The notes under the pieces: model-generated | Seen by the model: the letters and a program-made list of their open reading frames with translations, nothing else | The model's database searches: none | Told to the model about the DNA's origin: nothing | Translations under genes and position numbers: made by a program | Source: Clostridia bacterium | Lineage (GTDB): Bacteria; Bacillota; Clostridia; Oscillospirales; CAG-382 | Assembly: GCA_017447445.1 (NCBI GenBank) | Contig: JAFSNK010000030.1 | Coordinates: 14,260 to 78,259, forward strand | Length of the DNA stretch: 64,000 bases | Direction of reading: 5' to 3' | In this document: piece by piece, positions 29,812 through 38,901 of the stretch | How positions within the stretch are numbered: position 1 is the stretch's first letter | Layout of the letters: each line of letters starts with the position of its first letter

Positions 29812-30231
29812 TCAGAACCCCAGATCTATAAGCTCCCGGGTGACTTCTTCGTTGTTTATGGCGCTCTGCTCCTCGTTCCAGGCGTCGAGCGACCAAAGCT
29901 CCAAATGCGTGCGGTTGCCGACGATGACGACTTCCTTTTCCAGCCCCGCGAAATCGCGGTAGAGCTGCGAAACGGTTATCCTTCCCTGCGCGTCGGCGGA
30001 GCCTTCGTAGGCGCCGGCGTAGAAGTAGCGGCGGACGTGCCTTTCCTTTGCGACGGGCAGATCGTCCAGCTTCCGGGTGAAGCTTTCCCATTCGTCCATC
30101 GGATAGATGCAGACGCATTTATCGAACCCGCGTGAAAGCATGAATTCCTCGCCGAGCTTTTCGCGAAGCTTGGACGGAATAAAAAGACGCCCTTTGGCAT
30201 CTATCGTATGCCTGTACTCGCCGTAGAACAT
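29812..30231 (-). CDS. mraZ: Transcriptional regulator MraZ
   Basis: MFYGEYRHTIDAKGRLFIPSKLREKLG, with a second SpoVT/AbrB-like half. Confidence 0.95.
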   Translation of the reverse strand: MFYGEYRHTIDAKGRLFIPSKLREKLGEEFMLSRGFDKCVCIYPMDEWESFTRKLDDLPVAKERHVRRYFYAGAYEGSADAQGRITVSQLYRDFAGLEKEVVIVGNRTHLELWSLDAWNEEQSAINNEEVTRELIDLGF

Positions 30232-30269
30232 CTTTTTTGCCTCCTTTCACGCTGAATTACCGGAAAACC

Positions 30270-30296
30270 GTGGGCGATTGTGGTTTTTTGCTCCAC
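30270..30296 (-). promoter_or_regulatory. GTGG-type repeats in the mraZ 5' UTR, candidate MraZ operator
   Basis: The plus strand reads GTGGG-5 nt-GTGGT-6 nt-CTCCAC. The first two are 10 bp apart, and all lie between the putative -10 and the mraZ ATG. Confidence 0.3.
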
Positions 30297-30316
30297 TTTC
30301 TTCCTCTTGTATGGTA

Positions 30317-30345
30317 ATTATAACCGAACAGCCCGGAAAAAGCAA
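30317..30345 (-). promoter_or_regulatory. Putative sigma-A promoter of the mraZ/dcw operon
   Basis: The minus strand reads TTGCTT-17 nt-TATAAT. Confidence 0.5.
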
Positions 30346-30554
30346 TAGAAAGGGCGTATAAATATATCGGCGGCGCAAGGCGGTTTCGTCATTTTGACAT
30401 ATACGAAATTCGTTTATTTTCAAGGAGTTTCGACCTTTTTTGCAGTTGAAACGCGTCGATTTTCGGCGAAAAATTTTGCTTATATTTACAAACATCCGTT
30501 CGCAAAGCCGGAAAACCCTTGCGGCGCGGGCGTTTCGACACTTTGCGAAAGGAG

Positions 30555-30594
30555 TTTCGCGCGGCGGATTCGTCGCCGCGACGAAATTTTTTTT
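30555..30594 (+). terminator. Strong plus-strand intrinsic terminator with no annotated gene upstream
   Basis: TTTCG-CGCGGCG-7 nt loop-CGCCGCG-(A)-CGAAA, about 12 bp with one bulge, followed directly by T8. Confidence 0.65.
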
Positions 30595-30642
30595 ATTATG
30601 CGCCGTAAAACGCCGCGCCGCGCCATTTACCCGTGTTTTGCA

Positions 30643-30667
30643 GCAAAAAAAACGCGCCGGAGCGCGC
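30643..30667 (-). terminator. Intrinsic terminator of the EEP-family gene
   Basis: The minus strand reads GCGCG-TCCG-CGCGC followed by T8. Confidence 0.55.
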
Positions 30668-30696
30668 TTGACAATTTGCGGATATGATAATATAAT
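30668..30696 (+). promoter_or_regulatory. Exact-consensus sigma-A promoter pointing antisense into the EEP gene
   Basis: TTGACA-17 nt-TATAAT on the plus strand. No RBS or ORF follows it. Confidence 0.5.
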
Positions 30697-30794
30697 GTTC
30701 TTTGCGGAAGCAACTTATCGCATACGGGCGACGTCTGCTGAAAACGCGTTATCAAAACCCGGTTTTGCGGTAATAATCATTATACCGCGGGGGT

Positions 30795-31526
30795 TTATTC
30801 GATCCCGAGCCGGGCGGTTATCGCGAAATGGTCGGAAGCGACCTTTTTCACCACTCCCGCGCCGAGCACGCGCAGACCGCGGACGAAGATATAATCTATC
30901 CTTTCGCGCGGGGAATCCGAAGGGAACGTGAACCCGTCCTCCCCGGCGTAGGCGAGCGTGTCGGTGAATTCGCAGGAGAGCGCGGCGCAGCACGGGTCGT
31001 CGGGCGTCATATTAAAATCGCCCATAAGCACTATCGGCGTTTCGCAGCCGTCCGCGGCGCGTTTCACCTCCGCGAGCGCGTTTTCACGTTCGTCGCGGTT
31101 GAGCCCGAAATGCGAACCGAGCACGGTGACCGGGGTACCCTGCACGTTGACGGTCGTGCGCATTATACAGCGCGATTCGTAATATCTGCCGCCGGGCGCG
31201 GGCTCCGGGTCCGGGATAGGGATCACAGTCGAGCCGAGCACCGGAAGTCTGCTTACCGCCGCGTTGCCGTAATGCTTGCCGGGCGCAAGCGTTATCGCCC
31301 TGCCGAAGATTGCCTTGCCGCCTATGAGCGCGCCGAGTATCTCCGGCTCGTCCGGGAATCCGGGTATGCCTTCGCATTCGCCGCGGCGGACTTCGTTGAA
31401 GCTGTAGAAATCGGCTCCCGTGGACAGAGCCGTTTCCGCCATAAGTCCGAGGTCGATAACGTCTCCGGGCAGGTTGTGGTTCCGCCCGTGCTGGATATTA
31501 AAAGTTGTTACCGTGAACGTTTTCAT
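30795..31526 (-). CDS. Endonuclease/exonuclease/phosphatase (EEP) family protein
   Basis: The N-terminus TFNIQHGRN, then SFNEV, and C-terminal GDFN and SDH motifs. Confidence 0.8.
   Translation of the reverse strand: MKTFTVTTFNIQHGRNHNLPGDVIDLGLMAETALSTGADFYSFNEVRRGECEGIPGFPDEPEILGALIGGKAIFGRAITLAPGKHYGNAAVSRLPVLGSTVIPIPDPEPAPGGRYYESRCIMRTTVNVQGTPVTVLGSHFGLNRDERENALAEVKRAADGCETPIVLMGDFNMTPDDPCCAALSCEFTDTLAYAGEDGFTFPSDSPRERIDYIFVRGLRVLGAGVVKKVASDHFAITARLGIE
30830..30848 (+). terminator. Weak terminator-like hairpin inside the EEP gene 3' end, on the antisense strand
   Basis: GGTCG-GAAG-CGACC followed by T5, about 145 nt downstream of the plus-strand consensus promoter. Confidence 0.3.
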
Positions 31527-31666
31527 ATGCCGGTTCTCCTTTTAAGGCGCGCGGGCACGTTCCGGAGCCGGGGTTTCCGCCCGGACGGCGCGGATCCGCA
31601 CACGTTTTAGATTCAAATATTTTTTATCACACCTCACACGATTTGTCAATACTCGGGGTATACGAA

Positions 31667-32698
31667 ATGAACAAGCTTTTGGGAACAAACGCCGTGATCG
31701 AGGAAAACAGAGCGCTGTTCGGCAAAACCTCCTGGCCGCGTACGCTGCTGTTCTTCATCGCGGTATATATCATCGGCTCGACGATAACGGGGATAGTATC
31801 CGCCGTGCCGCAGCTTATTTATATTTTCTCCAACGAAGCGGTGAAAGCGTATATGTTTTCGGCGGGCGCGACGGCGGACGGAGTGCTGAAGCTGATCGAA
31901 TCGGAGGGCGGTTATCCTCTGTGGACGACGGTATTCTCGCTCGCGGCGAACGTTTTTATCGGGCTTACGGCTCTGTTCTTCTGCCTTAAATCGGAGAAGC
32001 GCTCGCTGTTCGGCGCCGGGCTTTATAAAAAGGGCGCCGCCGCGGAATACGCCGCCGGCTTCGCCATCGGCGCTTTGATGTTCGGCGCCGTGATACTCGC
32101 GGACGTCGCGGCGGGCGAATTCGAGGGGATAAAGCTGAATTCCCCCGTGCCTGTCGCCGCGGTGTGCTTTATGCTTTTCGGGTTCGTACTGCAAAGCGCG
32201 GGCGAGGAGCTGCTTATGCGCTCCTTCTTTATGGTAACGGCTTCGCGCTGCGCGGGAGGAGTCCCGGTCGCGGCGGCGGCGAATTCGCTCATTTTCGCCG
32301 CGCTGCATCTGCGCAACCCCGGCATAACCCCGCTTGCGATAGTTAATCTTACGCTTTACGGGCTGTTCGCCTCGGTGTATTTCCTGCGGCGCGGCAGCGT
32401 ATGGGGGATCTGCGCGGTACACGCGGCGTGGAATTTCGTTCAGGGCAGCGTGTTCGGCGCCGCGGTCAGCGGCAATTCCATAGGGCCCTCGCTTTTCGCC
32501 ACATCGCTTTCGGGCGGGGTATTCTCCGGCGGGGCGTTCGGGCCGGAGGGCGGGCTCTCGACGACTGTGGTTTTCGCGCTCGGCATCGCTCTGGTGCTGC
32601 TGTCCAAGCCGAAAAAGATAATCCCTCCCCCGCTGCGAATCGGCAGAAGGTTCTATACCTCCTTCCCGGAAAGAAAGGATTTTTCGAAGGAAATATGA
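31667..32698 (+). CDS. CPBP (CAAX/Abi) family intramembrane metalloprotease
   Basis: Polytopic protein with the motifs GEELLMRSF, FAALHLRN and HAAWNF. I prefer the ATG at 31667 to the TTG at 31643. Confidence 0.8.
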   Translation: MNKLLGTNAVIEENRALFGKTSWPRTLLFFIAVYIIGSTITGIVSAVPQLIYIFSNEAVKAYMFSAGATADGVLKLIESEGGYPLWTTVFSLAANVFIGLTALFFCLKSEKRSLFGAGLYKKGAAAEYAAGFAIGALMFGAVILADVAAGEFEGIKLNSPVPVAAVCFMLFGFVLQSAGEELLMRSFFMVTASRCAGGVPVAAAANSLIFAALHLRNPGITPLAIVNLTLYGLFASVYFLRRGSVWGICAVHAAWNFVQGSVFGAAVSGNSIGPSLFATSLSGGVFSGGAFGPEGGLSTTVVFALGIALVLLSKPKKIIPPPLRIGRRFYTSFPERKDFSKEI

Positions 32699-32723
32699 CG
32701 CGCAGCCGTCAGTTCATCAAACA

Positions 32724-32751
32724 AGCCGGAAAGTTTCTCCGGCTTGTTTTT
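32724..32751 (+). terminator. Intrinsic terminator after the CPBP gene
   Basis: AGCCGGA-7 nt-TCCGGCT followed by TGTTTTT. Confidence 0.65.
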
Positions 32752-32814
32752 ATCACCCCGCCGGGCGGGAGCATACAACTGTATAATGCAACGAATACGG
32801 CAAAGGGTGATTTT

Positions 32815-35157
32815 ATGGAACACGGCGAGATACGGTTTGTTTTAAGGACCGGGCGGGAGGCGCTGCCCGTGAACGAAGCGGAAATAACGGTTTGCGACGG
32901 CGCGGGGAACGAGACCTTCCATTGCGAGCTGAAGCCGGAAAACGCGGGCGTTTCGGAAAGCTTCGCGGCGGAAGCGCCGCCGAAGCGCGATTCGCTTTCG
33001 CCGGAGAGCGCGGCGCCGCCATACGGAGTATGCGGGGCTTCCGTTCGGGCGAAAGGGTTTTACCGGGTGCGGATAAACGGGATAAAATGCTTTGCAGGGA
33101 CGCGCACCGTCGTCGCCCCGGAAATGATACCGCTGCCCGCGGGGGCGCAGGATCCGGACGGCCTGCCGGAAACGGTGATAGACCTGCCGGAGCACCTTTT
33201 GTTTACCGGGTGCGAGCCGCCGGAAAAAGAAAGCGCCGGAACGCCGGAGCGCGTCTCGCCGGCGGTGCAGATAATAAACGGCGTGTACGTGCCGGAAACG
33301 ATAACCGTGCATCTCGGCGCGCCGGATTCGAACGCGGAGAACATGACCGTGCCGTTCGTGGATTACGTTAAAAACGTAGCGGCGAACGAGATATATCCCA
33401 CCTGGCCGGAGGAAGCGCTGAAAGCGAACGTTATATCGCAGGTGTCGATAGCGCTCAACCGGATATATACCGAATGGTACCGCAGCCGGGGTTATGATTT
33501 CGACATAACCGCGTCCACCGCCTATGATCAGGCGTTCGTGCCGGGGAGCAACACTTATGCCGAGACCGACGCGATAGCCGAAGAATTCTTTAACAACTAC
33601 ATCGTCCGCCCGAATTTCGTGGAGCCGCTGTACGCGAGCTTCTGCGACGGGATAAAGACCACCTGCAACGGGCTTTCGCAATGGGGCACGGTCTCGCTCG
33701 CGGAGGACGGGCGGAGCTTCGAGGAGATACTCGGCTTTTACTTCGGCGACGTGGACGTGACCGCCGCGGAGGACGTGCGCGCCGCCGCGGGCTCCTACCC
33801 CGGGGAGCCGCTTTCGGTGGGGGACGAGGGCGAGGCCGTGCGGACGGTGCAGTACCAGCTCAACCGCATCGCGATAAACTATCCGCGCCTGCCGCTGAAC
33901 AACAATTCCGGCGTGTTCGACGAGCGTATGTCGGAGATAGTGAGCGAGTTCCAGAAGCTTTTCGACCTTCCGGTGAACGGCACCGTCGACAAGGCGACGT
34001 GGTACCGCATTTCCTACCTGTACGCCTCGGTGAAGAAGCTTTCGGAGCTGAGCAGCGAGGGGCAGCGCCCGTCCTATAATCAGCAGCTTTATCCCGGGTC
34101 GCCGCTCGGTCCGAGCGACAAGGGTTCCGAGGTGCAGGAGATGCAGTTTTATCTGCGCAGGATAAGCCGTTTCAACCCGCTGGTGCGCCCGGTGAACGTC
34201 GACGGCATCTACGACGCCGACACCGAGGAATCGGTGCGGAGCTTCCAGCGCGCCTACCGTATGGAGGTGAACGGGATGATCGACGAGCCGACGTGGGACC
34301 GCATTGTCGACGTCTACAACGGCACGGTGGTGAACATCGAAGAACCGATACTTGCGAACGGGCTTACCCCCTACCCCGGCACGCCGATAACCTTCGGCTC
34401 ACGCGGGGAGCAGGTGGAATATATACAGCGCCTGCTCGGCGAGATAAGCGGCACTTTCGCGATAGTGCCCTACGCCGCGGCGGACGGGTTTTTCGGCGGA
34501 GAAACAGAGCGCGCCGTAGATTACTTCGCGGCGATATTCGGGTTCCCGCGGAACGGCAGGGTGGACGAACCGCTTTGGAACGAGATAAACCGCATTTATC
34601 TGGCGGCGGCTTCGAACTGCATATTCGCCTCCGTGGAAAACGAGGGCTGGCGCGGTTCGCCGGGGACGACGCTAAAGGAAGGCGATTCCGGCGACGACGT
34701 TTTATATATACAGCGCCGTATAAACGTTATCTACACGGTGCTGCCCTACGTCGGACAGCTTGCGGAGACCGGAGTTTACGACTCCCGCACGAAAAACGCG
34801 GTGGCGGCGCTGCAGCGGGTATTCGGGTTCACGGTGAACGGCGAAGCCAACCCGCCGACCTGGGACCTTGTGAACTATATCACCGCAGCGGCGGAATCCG
34901 GTTGCCTGCCGACGGACGTTCTCGCGGTGGCGGCGCCGTTCGCAAGCCGCAGGAAAAGCGCGCGGGGCGCGAAAGCGCTTATGCGTGAGAACGGGATAAA
35001 AACGGGGGCGGGCCCGGTTTTCGGTCTGCGCAGCCGGATCGCGCTTATGCGGTGGCAGGCGGCGCACGGTCTGGAGCCGACCGGGCGGGCGGACGCGGCG
35101 ACGCGCGGCAAGCTTGCCGAAACGGCGCGGACACTTGACATAAAGGAAGATAAGTGA
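32815..35157 (+). CDS. SpoIID/LytB-like domain protein with four full and one partial PG_binding_1 repeats
   Basis: DYVKNVAANEIYPTWPEEALKANVISQVSIALNR...AYDQAFVPG...ASFCDG resembles the SpoIID fold signature. Repeated units of the form G-x-x-G-x-x-V-x-x-x-Q...NG-x-x-D-x-x-T/LW follow. I moved the start to the ATG at 32815, downstream of the terminator at 32724-32751. The track start 32401 overlaps the CPBP gene. Confidence 0.75.
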   Translation: MEHGEIRFVLRTGREALPVNEAEITVCDGAGNETFHCELKPENAGVSESFAAEAPPKRDSLSPESAAPPYGVCGASVRAKGFYRVRINGIKCFAGTRTVVAPEMIPLPAGAQDPDGLPETVIDLPEHLLFTGCEPPEKESAGTPERVSPAVQIINGVYVPETITVHLGAPDSNAENMTVPFVDYVKNVAANEIYPTWPEEALKANVISQVSIALNRIYTEWYRSRGYDFDITASTAYDQAFVPGSNTYAETDAIAEEFFNNYIVRPNFVEPLYASFCDGIKTTCNGLSQWGTVSLAEDGRSFEEILGFYFGDVDVTAAEDVRAAAGSYPGEPLSVGDEGEAVRTVQYQLNRIAINYPRLPLNNNSGVFDERMSEIVSEFQKLFDLPVNGTVDKATWYRISYLYASVKKLSELSSEGQRPSYNQQLYPGSPLGPSDKGSEVQEMQFYLRRISRFNPLVRPVNVDGIYDADTEESVRSFQRAYRMEVNGMIDEPTWDRIVDVYNGTVVNIEEPILANGLTPYPGTPITFGSRGEQVEYIQRLLGEISGTFAIVPYAAADGFFGGETERAVDYFAAIFGFPRNGRVDEPLWNEINRIYLAAASNCIFASVENEGWRGSPGTTLKEGDSGDDVLYIQRRINVIYTVLPYVGQLAETGVYDSRTKNAVAALQRVFGFTVNGEANPPTWDLVNYITAAAESGCLPTDVLAVAAPFASRRKSARGAKALMRENGIKTGAGPVFGLRSRIALMRWQAAHGLEPTGRADAATRGKLAETARTLDIKEDK

Positions 35158-35245
35158 TAAAATAATAAGGTTAAGACGCGTCGGACCGGGCGGAGACGAT
35201 CCCGGCCCGGCGCGGGGAAAATACCGGTTCGAAAGGCATGAAAAA

Positions 35246-36928
35246 GTGCAGAATAATTATAACGAAAAAAGATATGAGAATTTCCGCGAAATGATATGCG
35301 ACGCCGCGCGGAAATACCGCGGCAAGACGGCTTTCATTCGCCGCGCGGACGACGGCTCGAAAGAAAACGTATCGTATATACAGCTTAAGGAATACTACTA
35401 CCGTCTGTCCACCTTCCTGCTCGACAACGGGTTCGCCGGAGCGCGCATCGCCGTAACGGGAAAGAACTGCTGCGAATGGGTGATATCCTATCTCGCCGCT
35501 GCGACTGTCGGCGTGGCGGTACCGATAGACAAGGAGCTTAAAAAGAACGACATAGAGGAATTTCTGAAAGCCGCGAAGTGCAGAATGCTTATCTCCGACG
35601 GAAAGACCGAGGTCCCGGAATGCGAAGGCGTGGTATGCGCCGACTTCGCGCAGATATATTCGCTGGCAAGCGGCGGAAAATACGGATTCGCGGGGTACGG
35701 CGGCGAAAATGCCCGCACGGACGGCGCCGCGGTCGACGCGATAAAGCTGCCGAAGGACCGGATGCAGGTGCTTATATTCACCTCCGGCACCACCGGAAGC
35801 TCGAAAGGCGTCTGCCTTTCGCAGTATAACGTCTGCTCCAACATCCATTCCACCGTAAGCGTCGTCCGCGTTACCCCGCGCGACGTTACGCTTTCGATCC
35901 TTCCGCTGCACCACACCTACGAATGCACTCTAAACTGTCTGCTTCTGCTGTCGCGAGGGGCGTGCATAACCTACGTTTCCGGCCTGCGGCGCATCGCTTC
36001 TGACATACGCGAATACAGGCCGACGATACTCGTGGTGGTGCCCGCGGTGCTCAAACTGCTCGACAGCCGCATAAAAGCGGGGATAATTAAGGACTGCCCG
36101 GAAAAATACCGCGAGCATTTTGAAAATCTGCCGCTTTGCGAGGCGCTCGGCAAGCTGCCGCTGCTGGTGCGCGGGGTGATAAAATCCAAGGTACGCGCCA
36201 CTCTGGGCGGGCGGATGCGGCTGTTCATAGTCGGCGCCGCCGACCTGGACACCGTGTTGGTGCGCGATTTTTCGGCGCTCGGGATACGCACCCTGCAGGG
36301 CTACGGGCTTACCGAATGCTCGCCGCTGGTGGCGGGCAACAGCGATTTTTACTTCAACGCCGCCTCCACCGGGATCGCCATCCCCGGCGTGCGGATAAAG
36401 ATCGAAAACCCGAACGAGGAGGGCGTGGGCGAGATACTCGCCAAGGGCGACAACGTAATGCTGGGTTATTACAACGACGAAGCGGCGACGGAGCGCGTGC
36501 TTCGCGGCGGCTGGTTCCACACCGGCGACCTGGGATATATGGACCCGTCCGACGGCGCGCTTTACATACGCGGCAGGATAAAGAACGTTATCGTTACGCC
36601 CAACGGCAAGAACGTTTACCCGGAGGAGCTCGAAACGCGGCTCGGCGACCGGCCGGAGATAAAGGAATCGCTGGTGCTCGCCGCGAAGGGCGACGACAAC
36701 GCCAAGGTAAAGGCGAAGATACTGCCCGACCTTGAATACCTTAAAGAAAAATTCGGGCGGGAGGTCACCGCCGGCGAAATAAAGGAAGCCGTGAAAGCCG
36801 CCGTGGCGGAGGTGAACGCGCAGATGCCGCAGTACAAGCACATAGACGCGGTGGAGATACTCTCCCGTCCGCTGGAGCGCACGACCACGCAGAAGATACT
36901 TCGCTTCGGCGCGAACGTGGAACAGTAG
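35246..36928 (+). CDS. AMP-dependent (long-chain) acyl-CoA synthetase
   Basis: AMP-binding core FTSGTTGSSKGV, then GYGLTE, TGDLGYMD and GRIKNVI. GTG start. Confidence 0.85.
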   Translation: MQNNYNEKRYENFREMICDAARKYRGKTAFIRRADDGSKENVSYIQLKEYYYRLSTFLLDNGFAGARIAVTGKNCCEWVISYLAAATVGVAVPIDKELKKNDIEEFLKAAKCRMLISDGKTEVPECEGVVCADFAQIYSLASGGKYGFAGYGGENARTDGAAVDAIKLPKDRMQVLIFTSGTTGSSKGVCLSQYNVCSNIHSTVSVVRVTPRDVTLSILPLHHTYECTLNCLLLLSRGACITYVSGLRRIASDIREYRPTILVVVPAVLKLLDSRIKAGIIKDCPEKYREHFENLPLCEALGKLPLLVRGVIKSKVRATLGGRMRLFIVGAADLDTVLVRDFSALGIRTLQGYGLTECSPLVAGNSDFYFNAASTGIAIPGVRIKIENPNEEGVGEILAKGDNVMLGYYNDEAATERVLRGGWFHTGDLGYMDPSDGALYIRGRIKNVIVTPNGKNVYPEELETRLGDRPEIKESLVLAAKGDDNAKVKAKILPDLEYLKEKFGREVTAGEIKEAVKAAVAEVNAQMPQYKHIDAVEILSRPLERTTTQKILRFGANVEQ

Positions 36929-36957
36929 AAAATATTCGGGATTCCGGCGAAAACATA

Positions 36958-36986
36958 TTGACATCGGCGGATAATCATTGTATAAT
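36958..36986 (+). promoter_or_regulatory. Exact-consensus sigma-A promoter of the TVP38-asnA unit
   Basis: TTGACA-17 nt-TATAAT. Confidence 0.6.
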
Positions 36987-37017
36987 TACGCATTCAAAGC
37001 GAGTATAAAAGGTCGAA

Positions 37018-37956
37018 ATGAAGAGAAAAGAAAGAAACAAAGCCGAAAATACCGCGGCGCTTACGGAAGAAGATCTTGCGGCGAAGAAACTGCTTAAACG
37101 CAAACGCGTGATCGCGATAGCGTCGCTGCTGATCTGCGTGGGGCTTATCGTCTGGCTGGCGATAGTCGTTACGAAATCGTTCCTTTCCATAGGGGAAGGC
37201 GAAACGATCGGCGACGCGGCGGGGCATTTCCGCGATATGATACGCGGCTACGGCGCGTGGGGCGTGGCGATCGCTTTCGGCATACAGGTGCTTCAGGTGG
37301 TGGTTTCCCCGATCCCCGGCGAGGTGATAGAGACCGGGATGGGGCTTACCTACGGCTGGTTCTGGGGCGCCGTGATAATACTTGCCGGCGCGGCGTTTTC
37401 GGCGTGGCTTATAATGCTGTTCGTGCGGAAATTCGGCACGAAGTTCGTCGAACTGTTCATCTCGCTGGACAAGATAAACGATCTTAAATTCATAAACAGC
37501 GAGGAAAAGCTGCACCGCTGGGTGCTGATACTATATATGCTCCCCGGCACGCCGAAGGATCCGCTTATATTCTTCTTCGGGCTTACCAGAATAAAGATCT
37601 CGTCGTTCGTGGTGCTTTCCACCATTGCGCGGATACCCTCCGTTATAACCTCCACCATAGGCGGGCAATGGATACAGGAAAAGAAATACTGGGCGGCGGC
37701 GGCGCTTTACATCGCCGTGGGCGCGGTGAGTCTGGCGTGCATACTGATTTATAAAAAGATAATGGATAAAATGCGCGGCAAAGGCAAAAAGCCGGAGGAC
37801 GCGCCGGAAGAAGGCAAACCGGACGAAACGCCGGGATCGCCGGAGGAAAACGCGGCGGCAGCCGCAAAGGAGGAAGAGAATGGCAGTAACGATACCCGAG
37901 GGATACAGATCGGCGCTGACTCTGCGCCAGACGCAGGTGGCGATAAAGAAGGTTAA
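37018..37956 (+). CDS. TVP38/TMEM64 (DedA-related) family membrane protein with a charged low-complexity tail
   Basis: [23 protein letters not shown] and [16 protein letters not shown] motifs. The C-terminal tail is E/P/A-rich and overlaps the asnA start. Confidence 0.8.
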   Translation: MKRKERNKAENTAALTEEDLAAKKLLKRKRVIAIASLLICVGLIVWLAIVVTKSFLSIGEGETIGDAAGHFRDMIRGYGAWGVAIAFGIQVLQVVVSPIPGEVIETGMGLTYGWFWGAVIILAGAAFSAWLIMLFVRKFGTKFVELFISLDKINDLKFINSEEKLHRWVLILYMLPGTPKDPLIFFFGLTRIKISSFVVLSTIARIPSVITSTIGGQWIQEKKYWAAAALYIAVGAVSLACILIYKKIMDKMRGKGKKPEDAPEEGKPDETPGSPEENAAAAAKEEENGSNDTRGIQIGADSAPDAGGDKEG

Positions 37957-38884
37957 GGACTTTTTCGAACGCGACCTTGCCATACAGCTTAACCTTACGC
38001 GCGTTTCGGCGCCGCTGTTCGTGCAGAAGGCGAGCGGCCTGAACGACGACCTGAACGGCGTGGAACGCCCCGTCGGATTCGACATTAAGGACTGCGAGGG
38101 CGATTTCGAAATAGTGCAGTCGCTTGCGAAATGGAAGCGGCTTGCGCTGAAACAATACGGATTCGCGCCCGGAGAAGGGCTTTACACCGATATGAACGCC
38201 ATCCGGCGCGACGAGGATACCGACAATCTGCATTCGGTGTTCGTGGACCAGTGGGACTGGGAAAAGGTCATTACCGCCGAAAACCGCAGCGAGCAGACGC
38301 TTCGCCGCGCGGTGAAGCAGATCTATACCGCCCTGCGGCATACCGAGACGTATATCGCGGAGGATTACGATTTCGTGGGAAAATTCCTGCCGGAGCAGAT
38401 AACCTTTATCTCGTCGCAGGAGCTGGAGGACAAATATCCCTCTCTTACCCCGAAGGAGCGCGAATACCGCGCTGTGAAGGAATACGGCGCGATCTTCCTT
38501 TCGCAGATCGGCGGCAGATTAAAAAGCGGGATAAAGCACGACGGGCGCGCCCCGGACTACGACGACTGGTCCCTTAACGGCGACATAATCGTTTATTACC
38601 CGGTGCTGGATATCGCCTTCGAGCTTTCGTCGATGGGCATCCGCGTGGACGCCGAAGCGCTGAAACGCCAGCTTGCGGAGGCGGGCTGCCCCGAAAGGGC
38701 GGAGCTTCCGTTCCACAAAGCGCTGCTCGGCGGCGAGCTTCCGCTTACCATGGGCGGCGGTATAGGACAATCGAGGATGTGTATGTTCTTCCTGCGCAAA
38801 GCGCACATAGGCGAGGTGCAATCGTCTTACTGGCTGCCGGAAGACTCGCGCTTCTGCGCCGGGCACGGCGTGGAGCTGCTTTGA
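37880..38884 (+). CDS. asnA: Aspartate--ammonia ligase
   Basis: [36 protein letters not shown], with a class II aaRS-like core. The RBS is AAGGAGGAAGAGA. Confidence 0.93.
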   Translation: MAVTIPEGYRSALTLRQTQVAIKKVKDFFERDLAIQLNLTRVSAPLFVQKASGLNDDLNGVERPVGFDIKDCEGDFEIVQSLAKWKRLALKQYGFAPGEGLYTDMNAIRRDEDTDNLHSVFVDQWDWEKVITAENRSEQTLRRAVKQIYTALRHTETYIAEDYDFVGKFLPEQITFISSQELEDKYPSLTPKEREYRAVKEYGAIFLSQIGGRLKSGIKHDGRAPDYDDWSLNGDIIVYYPVLDIAFELSSMGIRVDAEALKRQLAEAGCPERAELPFHKALLGGELPLTMGGGIGQSRMCMFFLRKAHIGEVQSSYWLPEDSRFCAGHGVELL

Positions 38885-38901
38885 TAAGAAAGGCGTTAAA
38901 T

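Noticed and set aside
30440-30931. 163-aa plus-strand ORF (TTG start) in the mraZ-upstream gap
   Set aside because: The product is extremely Arg/Lys-rich. The AAGGAG lies 12 nt from the TTG. The ORF reads through two terminators and into the antisense of the EEP gene.
32401-32814. Upstream extension of the PG-binding protein ORF, including the internal ATG at 32695
   Set aside because: It overlaps the CPBP gene, and an intrinsic terminator (32724-32751) lies inside the extension. A TATAAT and an RBS precede the ATG at 32815.
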